Source: an uncultured Clostridia bacterium | GTDB lineage: Bacteria > Bacillota > Clostridia > Oscillospirales > QAKW01 | Length of the DNA stretch: 64,000 nucleotides | NCBI GenBank assembly: GCA_944387895.1 | Contig: CALXGQ010000009.1 | Span: 94,056-158,055 of the forward strand | Direction of reading: 5' to 3' | Shown: piece after piece, positions 8,704 to 18,007 of the stretch | How positions within the stretch are numbered: position 1 is the stretch's first letter | Layout: each line of letters opens with the position of its first letter | Notes under the pieces: generated by a model | What the model was told of the DNA's origin: nothing | Databases searched by the model: none | What the model saw: the letters and a program-made list of their open reading frames with translations, nothing else | Program-made: the position numbers and the translations under genes

Positions 8704-10662
8704 TTACAACCTCTTAAACGCCTTTTCAATGTTTTTCTTATCATAGGCGATCATAACCGGCCGGCCGTGAGGGCACTGATGGATCTCGTCTTCCTCGATC
8801 AATTGGGTCACCAGCGCTTTCAGCTCCACCGTATCGTTGATATTTCCGGCCTTGATCGCCGCCTTGCAGGCAACGGTCTTCAGCGCCGTATTCTCCCGCT
8901 CTGTTTCCGCTTCATGCCCGCCCTGCATCCAGCCGGAAAGGATCTCGCAAAAAGCGTCGGCGGCAGATTCACCGGTCAGGCAGACCGGGCGGCTGCGCAA
9001 TGCGATCTGACGATCGCCGAAGGCGTCGATTTCAAATCCGATTTTTGCAAATTCATCCTGATTTTCCAGAGCAAACGCCATCTCCTCCTGAGAAAGACGA
9101 ATGCGTTCCGGCATCAGCAGGCGCTGCTGCGCCCTCTGGCCGGAGGCGTTTTCCTTCCGCAGCTTTTCAAAGATCATCCGTTCGTGAACCGCGTGCTTAT
9201 CGATCAGATAAAGTCGCTCGCCGCTCTCGACCAGAAGATAAGAGGCAAAGACCTCGCCGATATAGCGATAAGGCGGCGCCTCCTTTTCCCGGGAAAAGGA
9301 CTGCTGCTCCGGCGGATCGGCGGCCGGTTCCGGCTCTTTCAAATCCGCGGCGCGCAGGCGCTCTTCCAGCGGCGTTTCCCGCAGAAGCGTCGGTCGTTGC
9401 GGGGGGAAAACGGTTCTTGCAGGAAGCCCGACAATATATTCGTTTTCCGATTTCGGCAAAGAAGCCTTCTGCGCCGCCCGGCGCTCCGGCTCCGCCTCCC
9501 GGCCGCCAACAGCGGCGAAAAGAGGTTCTCGTTTTTCCAGCTCCGTCACCATACCGGACGGCGGGATTTCCCGTTTGTTTTGAACCGGCGCAGGAATGGG
9601 AGCGGAAGCCGCCGGCTTCCCGGAGGTCGGGACTGCCGGTTCCGGTTCCCGCGGCTCCTGGCCGCCCGCGCTCTTCAGCGTCTGTTTGTTAAGCGCGTTT
9701 TTGATTGCATAATATACTGCCTCAAAAATCAGTTTCTCGTTTGAAAATTTCACTTCCATTTTGCTCGGATGAACATTTACGTCCACCAGACCATAGGGGA
9801 GGGTGATTTTCAGGATACAGACGGCGTGCCGCCCGCGAAAAAGATCATTGCGGTAAGCCTGATCAATCGCGGCCAGAACCGTCTGGCTGCGGACAAGGCG
9901 GCCGTTGATATAGCAGAGCTGATAGTTACGGTTGGACTTGGTGACCGTCGGTTCGGCGACATACCCGTATACCCGCACCTGCTGAAGGGTAGCGTCTGCC
10001 TGCAGCAGGCTCTTGGTCACCTCACGCCCCAACACCGCATAGATCACGTCCAGAAGCTTTCCGCTGCCATTGGTGCTCAGAACGGTTTTTCCGTCCTGAA
10101 TCAGCTTGAAGGCGATCTGGGGATTGGAAATGGCCAGCCGGTCCATCAAAGCGGCGATATAGCTGCCCTCGGCCCGGTCGGTTTTCAAAAATTTCATTCT
10201 GGCCGGCGTGTTGTAGAAAAGATCGCGCACGATGATGGTCGTCCCCCGCGGCGCTCCCGTTTCCCGTATGGAAACTTCGCTTCCGCCCTCCAGCTCCAGA
10301 AAGGTGCCGTTTTCATCCGCAGCAGTAGTCAGTTCGATCCTTGAGACCGCCGAGATGGCCGCCAGCGCTTCCCCGCGAAAACCATAGGTTTCCACCGCGT
10401 AAAGATCGGAAATATCCCGGATCTTGCTGGTGGCATGGCGGAGGAAACAGCTGCGCGCGTCCTCCCGGCTCATGCCGCAGCCGTCGTCGGTGACGCGCAT
10501 ATAAGTGATCCCACCGTTCTGGATCTCCACCGTGATATGCTCCGCTCCGGCGTCCATCGCGTTTTCAACCAGTTCCTTGATCACGCTGCCCGGGCGTTCC
10601 ACTACCTCCCCGGCCGCTATTTTATTGGCAATCTCCTCTTCCAGAACATGAATTTTGGGCAT
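8704..10662 (-). CDS. mutL: DNA mismatch repair protein MutL
   Basis: GHKL N-terminus IAAGEVVERPGSVIKELVENAMDAG, DDGCGM and GFRGEALAAIS, plus a C-terminal dimerisation region. Start MPKIHVL at 10662 is preceded by AAGGAG. Confidence 0.95.
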   Translation of the reverse strand: MPKIHVLEEEIANKIAAGEVVERPGSVIKELVENAMDAGAEHITVEIQNGGITYMRVTDDGCGMSREDARSCFLRHATSKIRDISDLYAVETYGFRGEALAAISAVSRIELTTAADENGTFLELEGGSEVSIRETGAPRGTTIIVRDLFYNTPARMKFLKTDRAEGSYIAALMDRLAISNPQIAFKLIQDGKTVLSTNGSGKLLDVIYAVLGREVTKSLLQADATLQQVRVYGYVAEPTVTKSNRNYQLCYINGRLVRSQTVLAAIDQAYRNDLFRGRHAVCILKITLPYGLVDVNVHPSKMEVKFSNEKLIFEAVYYAIKNALNKQTLKSAGGQEPREPEPAVPTSGKPAASAPIPAPVQNKREIPPSGMVTELEKREPLFAAVGGREAEPERRAAQKASLPKSENEYIVGLPARTVFPPQRPTLLRETPLEERLRAADLKEPEPAADPPEQQSFSREKEAPPYRYIGEVFASYLLVESGERLYLIDKHAVHERMIFEKLRKENASGQRAQQRLLMPERIRLSQEEMAFALENQDEFAKIGFEIDAFGDRQIALRSRPVCLTGESAADAFCEILSGWMQGGHEAETERENTALKTVACKAAIKAGNINDTVELKALVTQLIEEDEIHQCPHGRPVMIAYDKKNIEKAFKRL

Positions 10663-10663
10663 T

Positions 10664-13264
10664 TTAAAGCTCCTTTGCACTTTGCGTCAAATCATAAAGA
10701 ATCTTCATGGTTTCAAGGGGCGTTAGAGTCTGAACATCCAGTTTTTTCAGCCGGTCGATCAGATCGCTCCGCCGCAGTTCCGCCATGCTGAGCTGATCCT
10801 GCTCCTCCGGCGCCTTCTGCCGCGGCGGTGCCGGCCGGGCTTCCCGTTTGTTGATCTCCCGAAGGATTTCCTTAGCGCGGCGAACCACCTCCGGGCGGAC
10901 GCCCGCCAGCGCCGCAACTTCGATCCCATAACTCTCATCGGCGCCGCCCGGCACGATCTTGCGGAGGAAAACGACTTCGTCTCCACGCTTTTTAACAGCT
11001 ATGTTATAATTGACGATCCCCGTTCCGCAATCGCCCAGCTCGCAAAGTTCATGGTAATGCGTGGCAAAAAGGGTTTTGGCGCCCAGCTTGCCGGCAACAT
11101 ATTCCATCACCGCTCTGGCGATGCTCATGCCGTCGTAGGTCGAGGTGCCGCGGCCGATCTCGTCGAAGATCAGAAGCGAGGACGGCGTTGCGTGATCCAG
11201 AATATGGGCGACCTCCGTCATTTCGACCATAAAGGTGGACTGCCCGGAAGAAAGATCGTCCGACGCACCGACCCGGGTAAATATTTTATCCACAACGCCG
11301 ATATGGGCGCTTTTTGCAGGAACAAAGCTGCCGATCTGCGCCATCAGCGTGATGATGGCCACCTGACGCATATAGGTAGACTTTCCGGCCATATTGGGGC
11401 CGGTAATCAGGGCAAGGCGGTGATCCGCCTGATTCAGAAGGGTATCGTTCGGCACGAACAGCGTCTGTTTCGCCACGCTTTCCACCACCGGATGACGGCC
11501 CTCGTCGATTCTGATTTCATCGCTTTCGTCCACAATGGGGCGGATGTATTGATTGTCCTGGGCGACCTGCGCAAAGGAGCAGAGAACGTCCAGCAGAGCA
11601 AGCGCGGAAGCGGCGCGTTGAATTTCCTCCAGGCGGGCGCCGATTTTGGCGCGCACCATGCAGAACAGCTCATATTCCCGGCTCTGGCACCGCTGGTTGG
11701 CATACAGGATCTTGGTTTCCAGATCCTTTAATTCCTCGGTGATAAACCGTTCGCAGTTCACCAGCGTCTGCTTGCGGACATAATGATCGGGCACCAGATC
11801 ATAATACATCTTGGTGACCTCGATATAATAACCAAACACCTTATTATAGCTGATCTTGAGGGATTTGATCCCGGTTTTTTCCCGTTCCTCCGCCTCCCAT
11901 TCGCACATGATCTGCTCGGAATCCCGGGTCATCGCGCGGCATTCGTCTACCATGGCGTCGTAGCCGTCCCGGATAATATCCCCCTCCCGAATGGTCAGCG
12001 GAGGATCCTCGGCGATGGCGCTCTCGATCAGGCAGCGCAGCTCCTCCATATCTGAAAGATCACGGTTCACCTCGCGCAAAAGCCCGGTTTTCAGGCCGGA
12101 AAGTATTTTTTTCAGCGCGGGGAAAAGGGCAAAGGTCTGCCCCAGGGCGTTGAGGTCGCGTGCATTGCAGGTTCCCAGCATCACCCGGGTCATCAGCCGT
12201 TCCAGATCATAGACGCCGCTCAGAATCTCCCGCAGCTCGTCCTTTTGCATCCCGTTGTTGTTCAGTTCTTCCACCGCGGCCAGGCGGCGATGAATCTCCC
12301 CGACCTCGACCAGCGGACGTTCAAGAAAGGCGCGGAGCAGCCGGGTTCCGGCGGAGGTTTTAGTCCGGTTGAGAACATGGAGCAGCGTTCCTTTTTTGTC
12401 CCTTCGGCGAATACTCTCCGTCAGCTCGAGATTCCGCCGGGTATCCGCATCGATTTCCATATACTGCTCCGGCCGGAAAACCCGAAGCTTGTCCAGATAT
12501 CCGATATCGCATTTCTGCGTTTCGGCAATATAGGCCAGAAGATAGTACAGGCAGGCGATGCTCTCGTCGTTATCCGGGATCCCCAGTTCCTTCGGGTCCT
12601 CCACGTGAAAATGGTCGGCAAGAGCCCGCTCCTGATCCGGGCGGCCGCTTTGCTCCGGTTCCAGACGGGTCACAAGAGCCCCCAGCCGCTCCCGTGCATA
12701 GTCCAGGATCTCCTGAAAGGCGTAGATCCCCTCCCCGGCCAGAATCTCGCTGGGAGAAAAACGGCTGAGCTCATTGATAACCGCCTTATCATCGGTATGC
12801 TCAAGTGCCGTCATCTCGATATCGCCGGTGGATATATCCGCAAAAGCCAGCGCGATCCGGTTCATATCGCCATAGATGCAGGCAAGATAATTATTCCTGC
12901 TTTCGTCCAGCATACTCGACTGGGTGACGGTGCCCGGCGTGATGACCTTGATCACATCCCGGCGCACCAGTCCCTTGGCGTTCTTCGGATCTTCGACCTG
13001 CTCGCAGATCGCAACCTTATACCCGGCCGCCACCAGCTTGGCCGCATAGTTTTCATAGCTGTGAAAAGGAACGCCGCACATCGGTGCCCGTTCCTCCAGC
13101 CCGCAGTCCTTTCCGGTGAGAGTGAGCTGGAGCTCCCGGGAGGCAACTACCGCATCATCGAAAAACATTTCATAGAAATCGCCCACCCGGTAAAAGAGGA
13201 TATAATCTTTATAGCGGTTTTTTATCTCATAAAACTGCTCCATCATCGGAGAAAGCTTTCCCAT
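10664..13264 (-). CDS. mutS: DNA mismatch repair protein MutS
   Basis: 866 aa with TPMMEQ-type start (SPMMEQFYEIK), Walker A GPNMAGKSTYMRQ, and STFMVEM..DEIGRGTSTYDG. Confidence 0.97.
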   Translation of the reverse strand: MGKLSPMMEQFYEIKNRYKDYILFYRVGDFYEMFFDDAVVASRELQLTLTGKDCGLEERAPMCGVPFHSYENYAAKLVAAGYKVAICEQVEDPKNAKGLVRRDVIKVITPGTVTQSSMLDESRNNYLACIYGDMNRIALAFADISTGDIEMTALEHTDDKAVINELSRFSPSEILAGEGIYAFQEILDYARERLGALVTRLEPEQSGRPDQERALADHFHVEDPKELGIPDNDESIACLYYLLAYIAETQKCDIGYLDKLRVFRPEQYMEIDADTRRNLELTESIRRRDKKGTLLHVLNRTKTSAGTRLLRAFLERPLVEVGEIHRRLAAVEELNNNGMQKDELREILSGVYDLERLMTRVMLGTCNARDLNALGQTFALFPALKKILSGLKTGLLREVNRDLSDMEELRCLIESAIAEDPPLTIREGDIIRDGYDAMVDECRAMTRDSEQIMCEWEAEEREKTGIKSLKISYNKVFGYYIEVTKMYYDLVPDHYVRKQTLVNCERFITEELKDLETKILYANQRCQSREYELFCMVRAKIGARLEEIQRAASALALLDVLCSFAQVAQDNQYIRPIVDESDEIRIDEGRHPVVESVAKQTLFVPNDTLLNQADHRLALITGPNMAGKSTYMRQVAIITLMAQIGSFVPAKSAHIGVVDKIFTRVGASDDLSSGQSTFMVEMTEVAHILDHATPSSLLIFDEIGRGTSTYDGMSIARAVMEYVAGKLGAKTLFATHYHELCELGDCGTGIVNYNIAVKKRGDEVVFLRKIVPGGADESYGIEVAALAGVRPEVVRRAKEILREINKREARPAPPRQKAPEEQDQLSMAELRRSDLIDRLKKLDVQTLTPLETMKILYDLTQSAKEL

Positions 13265-13288
13265 CGCAAAACCTCCAAAAACCGGCGC

Positions 13289-13678
13289 TCAATGACAGCC
13301 GCCGCAGGTAGAACAATCGTGCGTACAGCCGGAAGGCGCTTCGCCGGTGATATAATAGGAAATCACGCCGTTGATCTGATTCATCAGCTCCTCAACCGCC
13401 TTTTCCCGCTCCTGCATGACCTGCATTTTCTCATTTTTCATGATCTCGGCATAAAGGGCGCCTACCCGCTCCTCCGCTTCCCTGATCCGTTCCGGATCCT
13501 GGGTTTCGGCCTGGGTCAGGCTCATCATGGTCATGCGGTGCAGATTATATTCACGCACCAGCTTCTGGATCTTTTCATCGCTATCGAAATCCGCCTTGGC
13601 GGCGGTATACTTCCGAACCTGCTCGCTTTGCTGGAGCAGGGCGCCCAGTTCCTTGGTTTTTTCAATAATTTCAGTCAT
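13289..13678 (-). CDS. YlbF/YmcA-family protein (RicA-like by synteny) with a 4-Cys C-terminal tail
   Basis: 129 aa, helical (ELGALLQQSEQVRKY..KIQKLVREYN). Lies between miaB and mutS, as ymcA does in Bacillus. Ends in CTHDCSTCGGCH. Confidence 0.6.
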   Translation of the reverse strand: MTEIIEKTKELGALLQQSEQVRKYTAAKADFDSDEKIQKLVREYNLHRMTMMSLTQAETQDPERIREAEERVGALYAEIMKNEKMQVMQEREKAVEELMNQINGVISYYITGEAPSGCTHDCSTCGGCH

Positions 13679-15092
13679 GTTGACACTCCTTTAACCTTCC
13701 GTCCAGCGACCAGGATTTGGCTCTGGTTACCGTCACTTTACAAAATTGCCCGATCAGGGCGGCATCTCCGGGAAAATCGATGGTTTTTCCTCCGGACGTC
13801 TTTCCCGAAAGGCATTCCGGATTGTTTTTGCTGACCGATTCAACGTAGACCGTATAATCCCGGCCTTCCATTTCCTTATTTTTGGCCAGGCAGATCGGAT
13901 GCTGCGCCGCCAGAAGCCGGTTGAACCGCTCCTTCTTCACCTCTTCGTCGATCTGGTTTTCCGCCGCGGCCGCCCGGGTTCCGGTTCTTTTGGAATAAAG
14001 AAACGTATAAAGGTTATCGAACCGCACCTTTTCGATCAGATCCAGCGTGCGCTGAAAATCCTTTTCCGTTTCTCCCGGAAACCCGACGATAACGTCGCTG
14101 GTCACAACAACATCCGGCATGACCCTGCGCGCATATTCGATCAACCCATAATAATCCTCCGCCGTATAGTGCCGGTTCATGGCCTTGAGAATTACATCAC
14201 TGCCAGATTGAAAGGGAAGCTGAAGCTGATGACAGATTTTCCGGGACGCCGCCATCGTATCCAGCAGCTTTCTGCTGCAATCCTTCGGATGGCTGGTCGT
14301 AAACCGGATCCAGAAGTCCCCATCCATCCGGTCGATCGCCGCCAGTAGGTCGGAAAAATCCATCTCCCCCTCCAGATCTTTTCCGTAGGAGTTTACGTTC
14401 TGCCCCAGCAGCGTGATATCGCGATAGCCGGATCGCACCAGCTCCTGCACCTCTTTCAGGATCTCGGCGCTGGCACGGCTCCGCTCGCGCCCCCGCACAT
14501 AGGGAACGATGCAGTATGTGCAGAAGTTATTGCACCCGTACATCACCGTTACCCACGCCTTATGGGCGCTCTCCCGAACGATCGGCAGATCTTCCGCGAT
14601 CTCCGGCCGCTCTCTGCGCGTAAACACCCGGTTCCGTGTTATCAAAGCCTCTTCCATCATCGACGGCAGCTCCGGGATCATGGACGGGCCGAAAACAATA
14701 TCGACATGGGTGTATTTGGAGCGAATCTGCTGCTGCACCGTTTCCTGCTGCATCATGCAGCCGCAGAGGATGATCAGCATATCCGGCCGCGCAGCCTTCA
14801 GCCCCTTGAGGGCGCCCACGTTGCCAAACACCTTCAACTCTGCGTGCTCCCGCACGGCGCAGGTGTTAAACAGTACCAGATCCGCCTCCTCGGTTCGATC
14901 CGTAAAATCGTATCCCATGCAGGAGAGCATTCCGCTGATCCGTTCGCTGTCCGCCACGTTTTGCTGGCAGCCATAAGTGCGCACGCAGGCAAGCGGACGG
15001 TGCCCCATTGCCCGGGTCAAAAGCCGCACCCGCTCCATAACCGCCGGCCGGCTGTTTTTATCCTGATTGTCCATCAATACCAAATTCTCCAT
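13671..15092 (-). CDS. miaB: tRNA-i6A37 methylthiotransferase
   Basis: YGCQQNVADSE N-domain, radical-SAM motif CNNFCTYCIVPYVRG, and a TRAM C-terminus. Start set at MENLVLM (15092). The upstream 131 codons of the ORF overlap the ispH-S1 3' end and look non-coding. Confidence 0.92.
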   Translation of the reverse strand: MENLVLMDNQDKNSRPAVMERVRLLTRAMGHRPLACVRTYGCQQNVADSERISGMLSCMGYDFTDRTEEADLVLFNTCAVREHAELKVFGNVGALKGLKAARPDMLIILCGCMMQQETVQQQIRSKYTHVDIVFGPSMIPELPSMMEEALITRNRVFTRRERPEIAEDLPIVRESAHKAWVTVMYGCNNFCTYCIVPYVRGRERSRASAEILKEVQELVRSGYRDITLLGQNVNSYGKDLEGEMDFSDLLAAIDRMDGDFWIRFTTSHPKDCSRKLLDTMAASRKICHQLQLPFQSGSDVILKAMNRHYTAEDYYGLIEYARRVMPDVVVTSDVIVGFPGETEKDFQRTLDLIEKVRFDNLYTFLYSKRTGTRAAAAENQIDEEVKKERFNRLLAAQHPICLAKNKEMEGRDYTVYVESVSKNNPECLSGKTSGGKTIDFPGDAALIGQFCKVTVTRAKSWSLDGRLKECQHD

Positions 15093-15195
15093 TATAAATA
15101 CATGATATTTAAGTATATCATATTTTAATAGAGATGTCCATAACAGAAATGAAAAAACGGCATGAAAAGAATTTCCATGCCGTTTGATTTCATTT

Positions 15196-17331
15196 TTATT
15201 CAGCGTCCGCCGTTTCTTCGGCAGGAGCAGCCGTTTCAGCAGTCTCTTCCGCAGCCGGGGCTTCAGCGGCAGCTTCCGCAACCGGGGCTTCAGCAGCTTC
15301 ATCAGCAACCGGGGCTTCAGCGGCAGCTTCCGCCGCAGCAGGCTCCTCTTCCACAGCCGGAGCGGAAACTTCCTCATCGGGAGCAGCCTCCTGCTTTGCC
15401 GCTTCCTCCTCCAGCAGAGCGCGGATCGAAAGTCCAACTTTCTGGGTCTCCTCATTGATATCCACGATCTTGGCCTGGACCTCATCGCCGACCTTCAGAA
15501 CATCCGCAGGCTTGGCGATATGCTTGGTGCTGATCTGAGAAATATGGATCAGGCCGTCGACGCCGTCAATGATCCGGGCAAAGGCGCCGAAGGGCATCAG
15601 GTTCATAATCGTGACCGTTGCAACATCGCCGACATGATACTGATTTGTGAAGAGAACGAAAGGATTGTCCTCCGCCTTCTTATACCCCAGGGAAATTTTC
15701 TTCTTTTCCTCGTCGATGCCCTTGATATATACGTCGATCTCGTCGCCGACGTTCATGATATCGCTGGGATGCTTGATCTTCTTCCAAGACATTTCCGTAA
15801 TATGGAGAAGGCCGTCCACGCCGCCCAGATCAACAAAAGCGCCGAAAGTAGTCAGGGACTTGACAACGCCTTTATAACGATTGCCCACCGCAGCGTTATC
15901 CCAGAATTCCTTGCGGGCCGCCTTGCGCTTCTCCGCTTCCAGAGCGCGCATGGAGCCGATCACCTTCTTGCGGCCGCGAACGGTGGAGATCTCCGCGATC
16001 TGCAACTCCACATTCTCGTCCATCATGGTATCAAAATCAAAGCTGCGCGGCTTGCCGGACAAGGACTTCGGCACAAACACCCGGGAGCCTTCAACCATAA
16101 CGGTCAGGCCGCCGGTGGTTACCTCGACCACCTTGCCTTCCAGCGTTTCCTTTTCTTCGCAGGCCTTTTCCAGCCGCTCAAGACCGGCCAGCGCGTCCAC
16201 CTTTTTCTTGGAAAGAGCAACAGTACCCTCGATATCGTTGACCCGCAAAGCGATGCACTCGATCTCATCGCCCACCGAAACGGCGGTCATCAGATCCAAA
16301 GAAGGATCAGAAGAATAATTGTCCTTGGTAATAAAGCCGGAATATTTCGCGCCAAGATCAACCTTGACTTCAGAAGGATTGATTCCGACAACAATGCCCT
16401 TCACCCTATCTCCGTTATTGATTACTTTTAAGGAATTTTCAAGCATTTGCTCAAAGGTCAATTCTTCCCCAACCAAGTTGACATTTTGTTCCGACATAAT
16501 TCGTTTTACCTCCTCGATGGTACAGTCGGGGGTGGAAGCCCCGGCTGCAATACCAATCTTCCCTTTGTTATATAATAAATTTATTGGTATCTCGTTTGCC
16601 TGCTCGACCAAAAGAGAGCAGGGGCAGAGCTTTTCCGCTATGGAATAAAGCTTCGCCGTATTGGAACTCTGACGGCCTCCGATGATGATCATCAGATCGC
16701 ATTTTGCCGCCAGCTCGGCGGTTTCCCGCTGCCTGATCTGAGTCGCTTTACATATTGTATCATAAACTTTTAAATTTTCAAAGTTTTTTTTAAGAAAACT
16801 ACAACATTTTTCAAATTCGGTTAAATTAAAGGTCGTTTGCCAAACAACTACTATGTATTTTGACGAAAAAGACCGGATCGTTCCACTCATTTTTTCCAAT
16901 TCTTCCGCATTGCGAAACACCAGCGTTTTATCGCCACCGCAGCTTCGGATCCCGATCACCTCGGGATGATCGGGATTCCCCCCGATCAAAACCGGATGCT
17001 CCGCTTCTTCTGCGACAATACGGTGGATCTTTTCAACAAAGGGGCAGGTGGCGTCCACGCAGCGAACGCCCCTCCCCATCAGATACTCCATATCCTGCCG
17101 CGGGATGCCGTGGGCCCGGATAACGGCGGTCGCTCCGGCGGGAATATCCCGGATATCTTCTGCGATGCACACGCCTTTTTTCTGCATTTCCGCGATGATC
17201 TGAGGATTGTGGATAATGGGCCCTACGGTATAGATCGGAGCGGAACCTTTTTCGATCTCGCGGTTCAGAAGATCAACCGCACGGGACACCCCGAAGCAAA
17301 AACCAGCGTGTTTGATTACCTCTACGCTCAT
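15196..17331 (-). CDS. ispH: Bifunctional 4-hydroxy-3-methylbut-2-enyl diphosphate reductase (IspH/LytB) fused to ribosomal protein S1-type domains
   Basis: The N-terminal ~280 aa are IspH (HAGFCFGVSRAV, GPIIHNPQ, CPFVEK). Four S1 repeats follow (GDRVKGIVVG.., GKVVEV.., RYKGVVKSLTTFGAFVDL.., GDVATVTIMNLMPFGAFARI..), then an Ala/Glu/Pro tail. Confidence 0.92.
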   Translation of the reverse strand: MSVEVIKHAGFCFGVSRAVDLLNREIEKGSAPIYTVGPIIHNPQIIAEMQKKGVCIAEDIRDIPAGATAVIRAHGIPRQDMEYLMGRGVRCVDATCPFVEKIHRIVAEEAEHPVLIGGNPDHPEVIGIRSCGGDKTLVFRNAEELEKMSGTIRSFSSKYIVVVWQTTFNLTEFEKCCSFLKKNFENLKVYDTICKATQIRQRETAELAAKCDLMIIIGGRQSSNTAKLYSIAEKLCPCSLLVEQANEIPINLLYNKGKIGIAAGASTPDCTIEEVKRIMSEQNVNLVGEELTFEQMLENSLKVINNGDRVKGIVVGINPSEVKVDLGAKYSGFITKDNYSSDPSLDLMTAVSVGDEIECIALRVNDIEGTVALSKKKVDALAGLERLEKACEEKETLEGKVVEVTTGGLTVMVEGSRVFVPKSLSGKPRSFDFDTMMDENVELQIAEISTVRGRKKVIGSMRALEAEKRKAARKEFWDNAAVGNRYKGVVKSLTTFGAFVDLGGVDGLLHITEMSWKKIKHPSDIMNVGDEIDVYIKGIDEEKKKISLGYKKAEDNPFVLFTNQYHVGDVATVTIMNLMPFGAFARIIDGVDGLIHISQISTKHIAKPADVLKVGDEVQAKIVDINEETQKVGLSIRALLEEEAAKQEAAPDEEVSAPAVEEEPAAAEAAAEAPVADEAAEAPVAEAAAEAPAAEETAETAAPAEETADAE
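15254..15334 (-). repeat. 3 x 27-nt in-frame tandem repeat encoding the acidic Ala/Glu/Pro tail of IspH-S1
   Basis: Read directly: ccggggcttcagcggcagcttccgcaa / ccggggcttcagcagcttcatcagcaa / ccggggcttcagcggcagcttccgccg. Confidence 0.8.
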
Positions 17332-18002
17332 GGCCTGCGCAGCCTTTCCTGCACCGTCTGATAAAGCAGCGCAAGAGATTCATCAAAAGAGCAATCGGAG
17401 GTATCCACGATCACGCTGTCCTCAGCCGGCTTCAACGGTGCAACGGAACGGTTCATATCCTGCTCGTCCCGGCGGCAGACGTCCGCCAGAACCTGTTTGT
17501 AAGACACCTGCTGTCCCCGTTCCAGCAGCTCATTGTAGCGCCGCTGCGCCCGTACCTCCGCGCTGGCGGTAAGAAAAATTTTCACCTCGGCGTCCGGTAA
17601 AACCACCGTTCCGATATCCCGCCCGTCCATAATGACGTCGTGCTCCTCCGCCAGCCTGCGCTGGGTTTCAAATAAAAAGCGCCGCACCGCGGGAACCGCG
17701 CTCACCAGAGATGCGTACTGGCTCACTTCGTGGATCCGGATATCGGACGATACGTCCTCGCCGTTGAGATAAACATACTGCTCGCCGTTGATATACCGCA
17801 GCGAAACCTCGATTTCCGGCAGCGCAGCCTCTACCTTTTCCACGTCGGAGGGATCGATCTTCTTCCGCAGAATATAAAGCCCCACCGTCCGGTAAAGGGC
17901 GCCCGTATCCACATAAATATAGTTCAGCCGTTCTGCAAGCTTGCGGGAAAGCGTGCTCTTTCCCGCACCGCTGGGGCCGTCGATCGCAATATTGATTCCC
18001 AT
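17328..18002 (-). CDS. cmk: Cytidylate kinase
   Basis: IAIDGPSGAGKSTLSRKLA, DTGALYR, DGRDIGTVVLPDA. ATGA overlap with ispH-S1. Confidence 0.95.
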   Translation of the reverse strand: MGINIAIDGPSGAGKSTLSRKLAERLNYIYVDTGALYRTVGLYILRKKIDPSDVEKVEAALPEIEVSLRYINGEQYVYLNGEDVSSDIRIHEVSQYASLVSAVPAVRRFLFETQRRLAEEHDVIMDGRDIGTVVLPDAEVKIFLTASAEVRAQRRYNELLERGQQVSYKQVLADVCRRDEQDMNRSVAPLKPAEDSVIVDTSDCSFDESLALLYQTVQERLRRP

Positions 18003-18007
18003 TTTTT

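Noticed and set aside
12245-13834. A 529-aa plus-strand ORF. Similar long antisense ORFs occur at 3805..5118, 15184..16431, 19431..20447, 24747..25796, 28100..29206, 35115..36050, 43744..44649, 44905..45828, 49951..51069 and 54276..55430.
   Set aside because: Each lies opposite a gene with clear family signatures (mutS, ylmH/divIVA, ispH-S1, GH20, aminotransferase, desulfurase, GT2, PHP, HydA-like, and so on). Each has Arg/Pro/Gly/His-rich composition and no recognisable motif.
15093-15485. An N-terminal 131-codon extension of the miaB ORF (MRSRPRSWISMRRPRKLD...KLPLKPRL repeats).
   Set aside because: It overlaps the 3' end and tandem repeats of ispH-S1 in another frame, and it crosses an AT-rich intergenic stretch. 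The MiaB homology begins only after MENLVLM at 15092.
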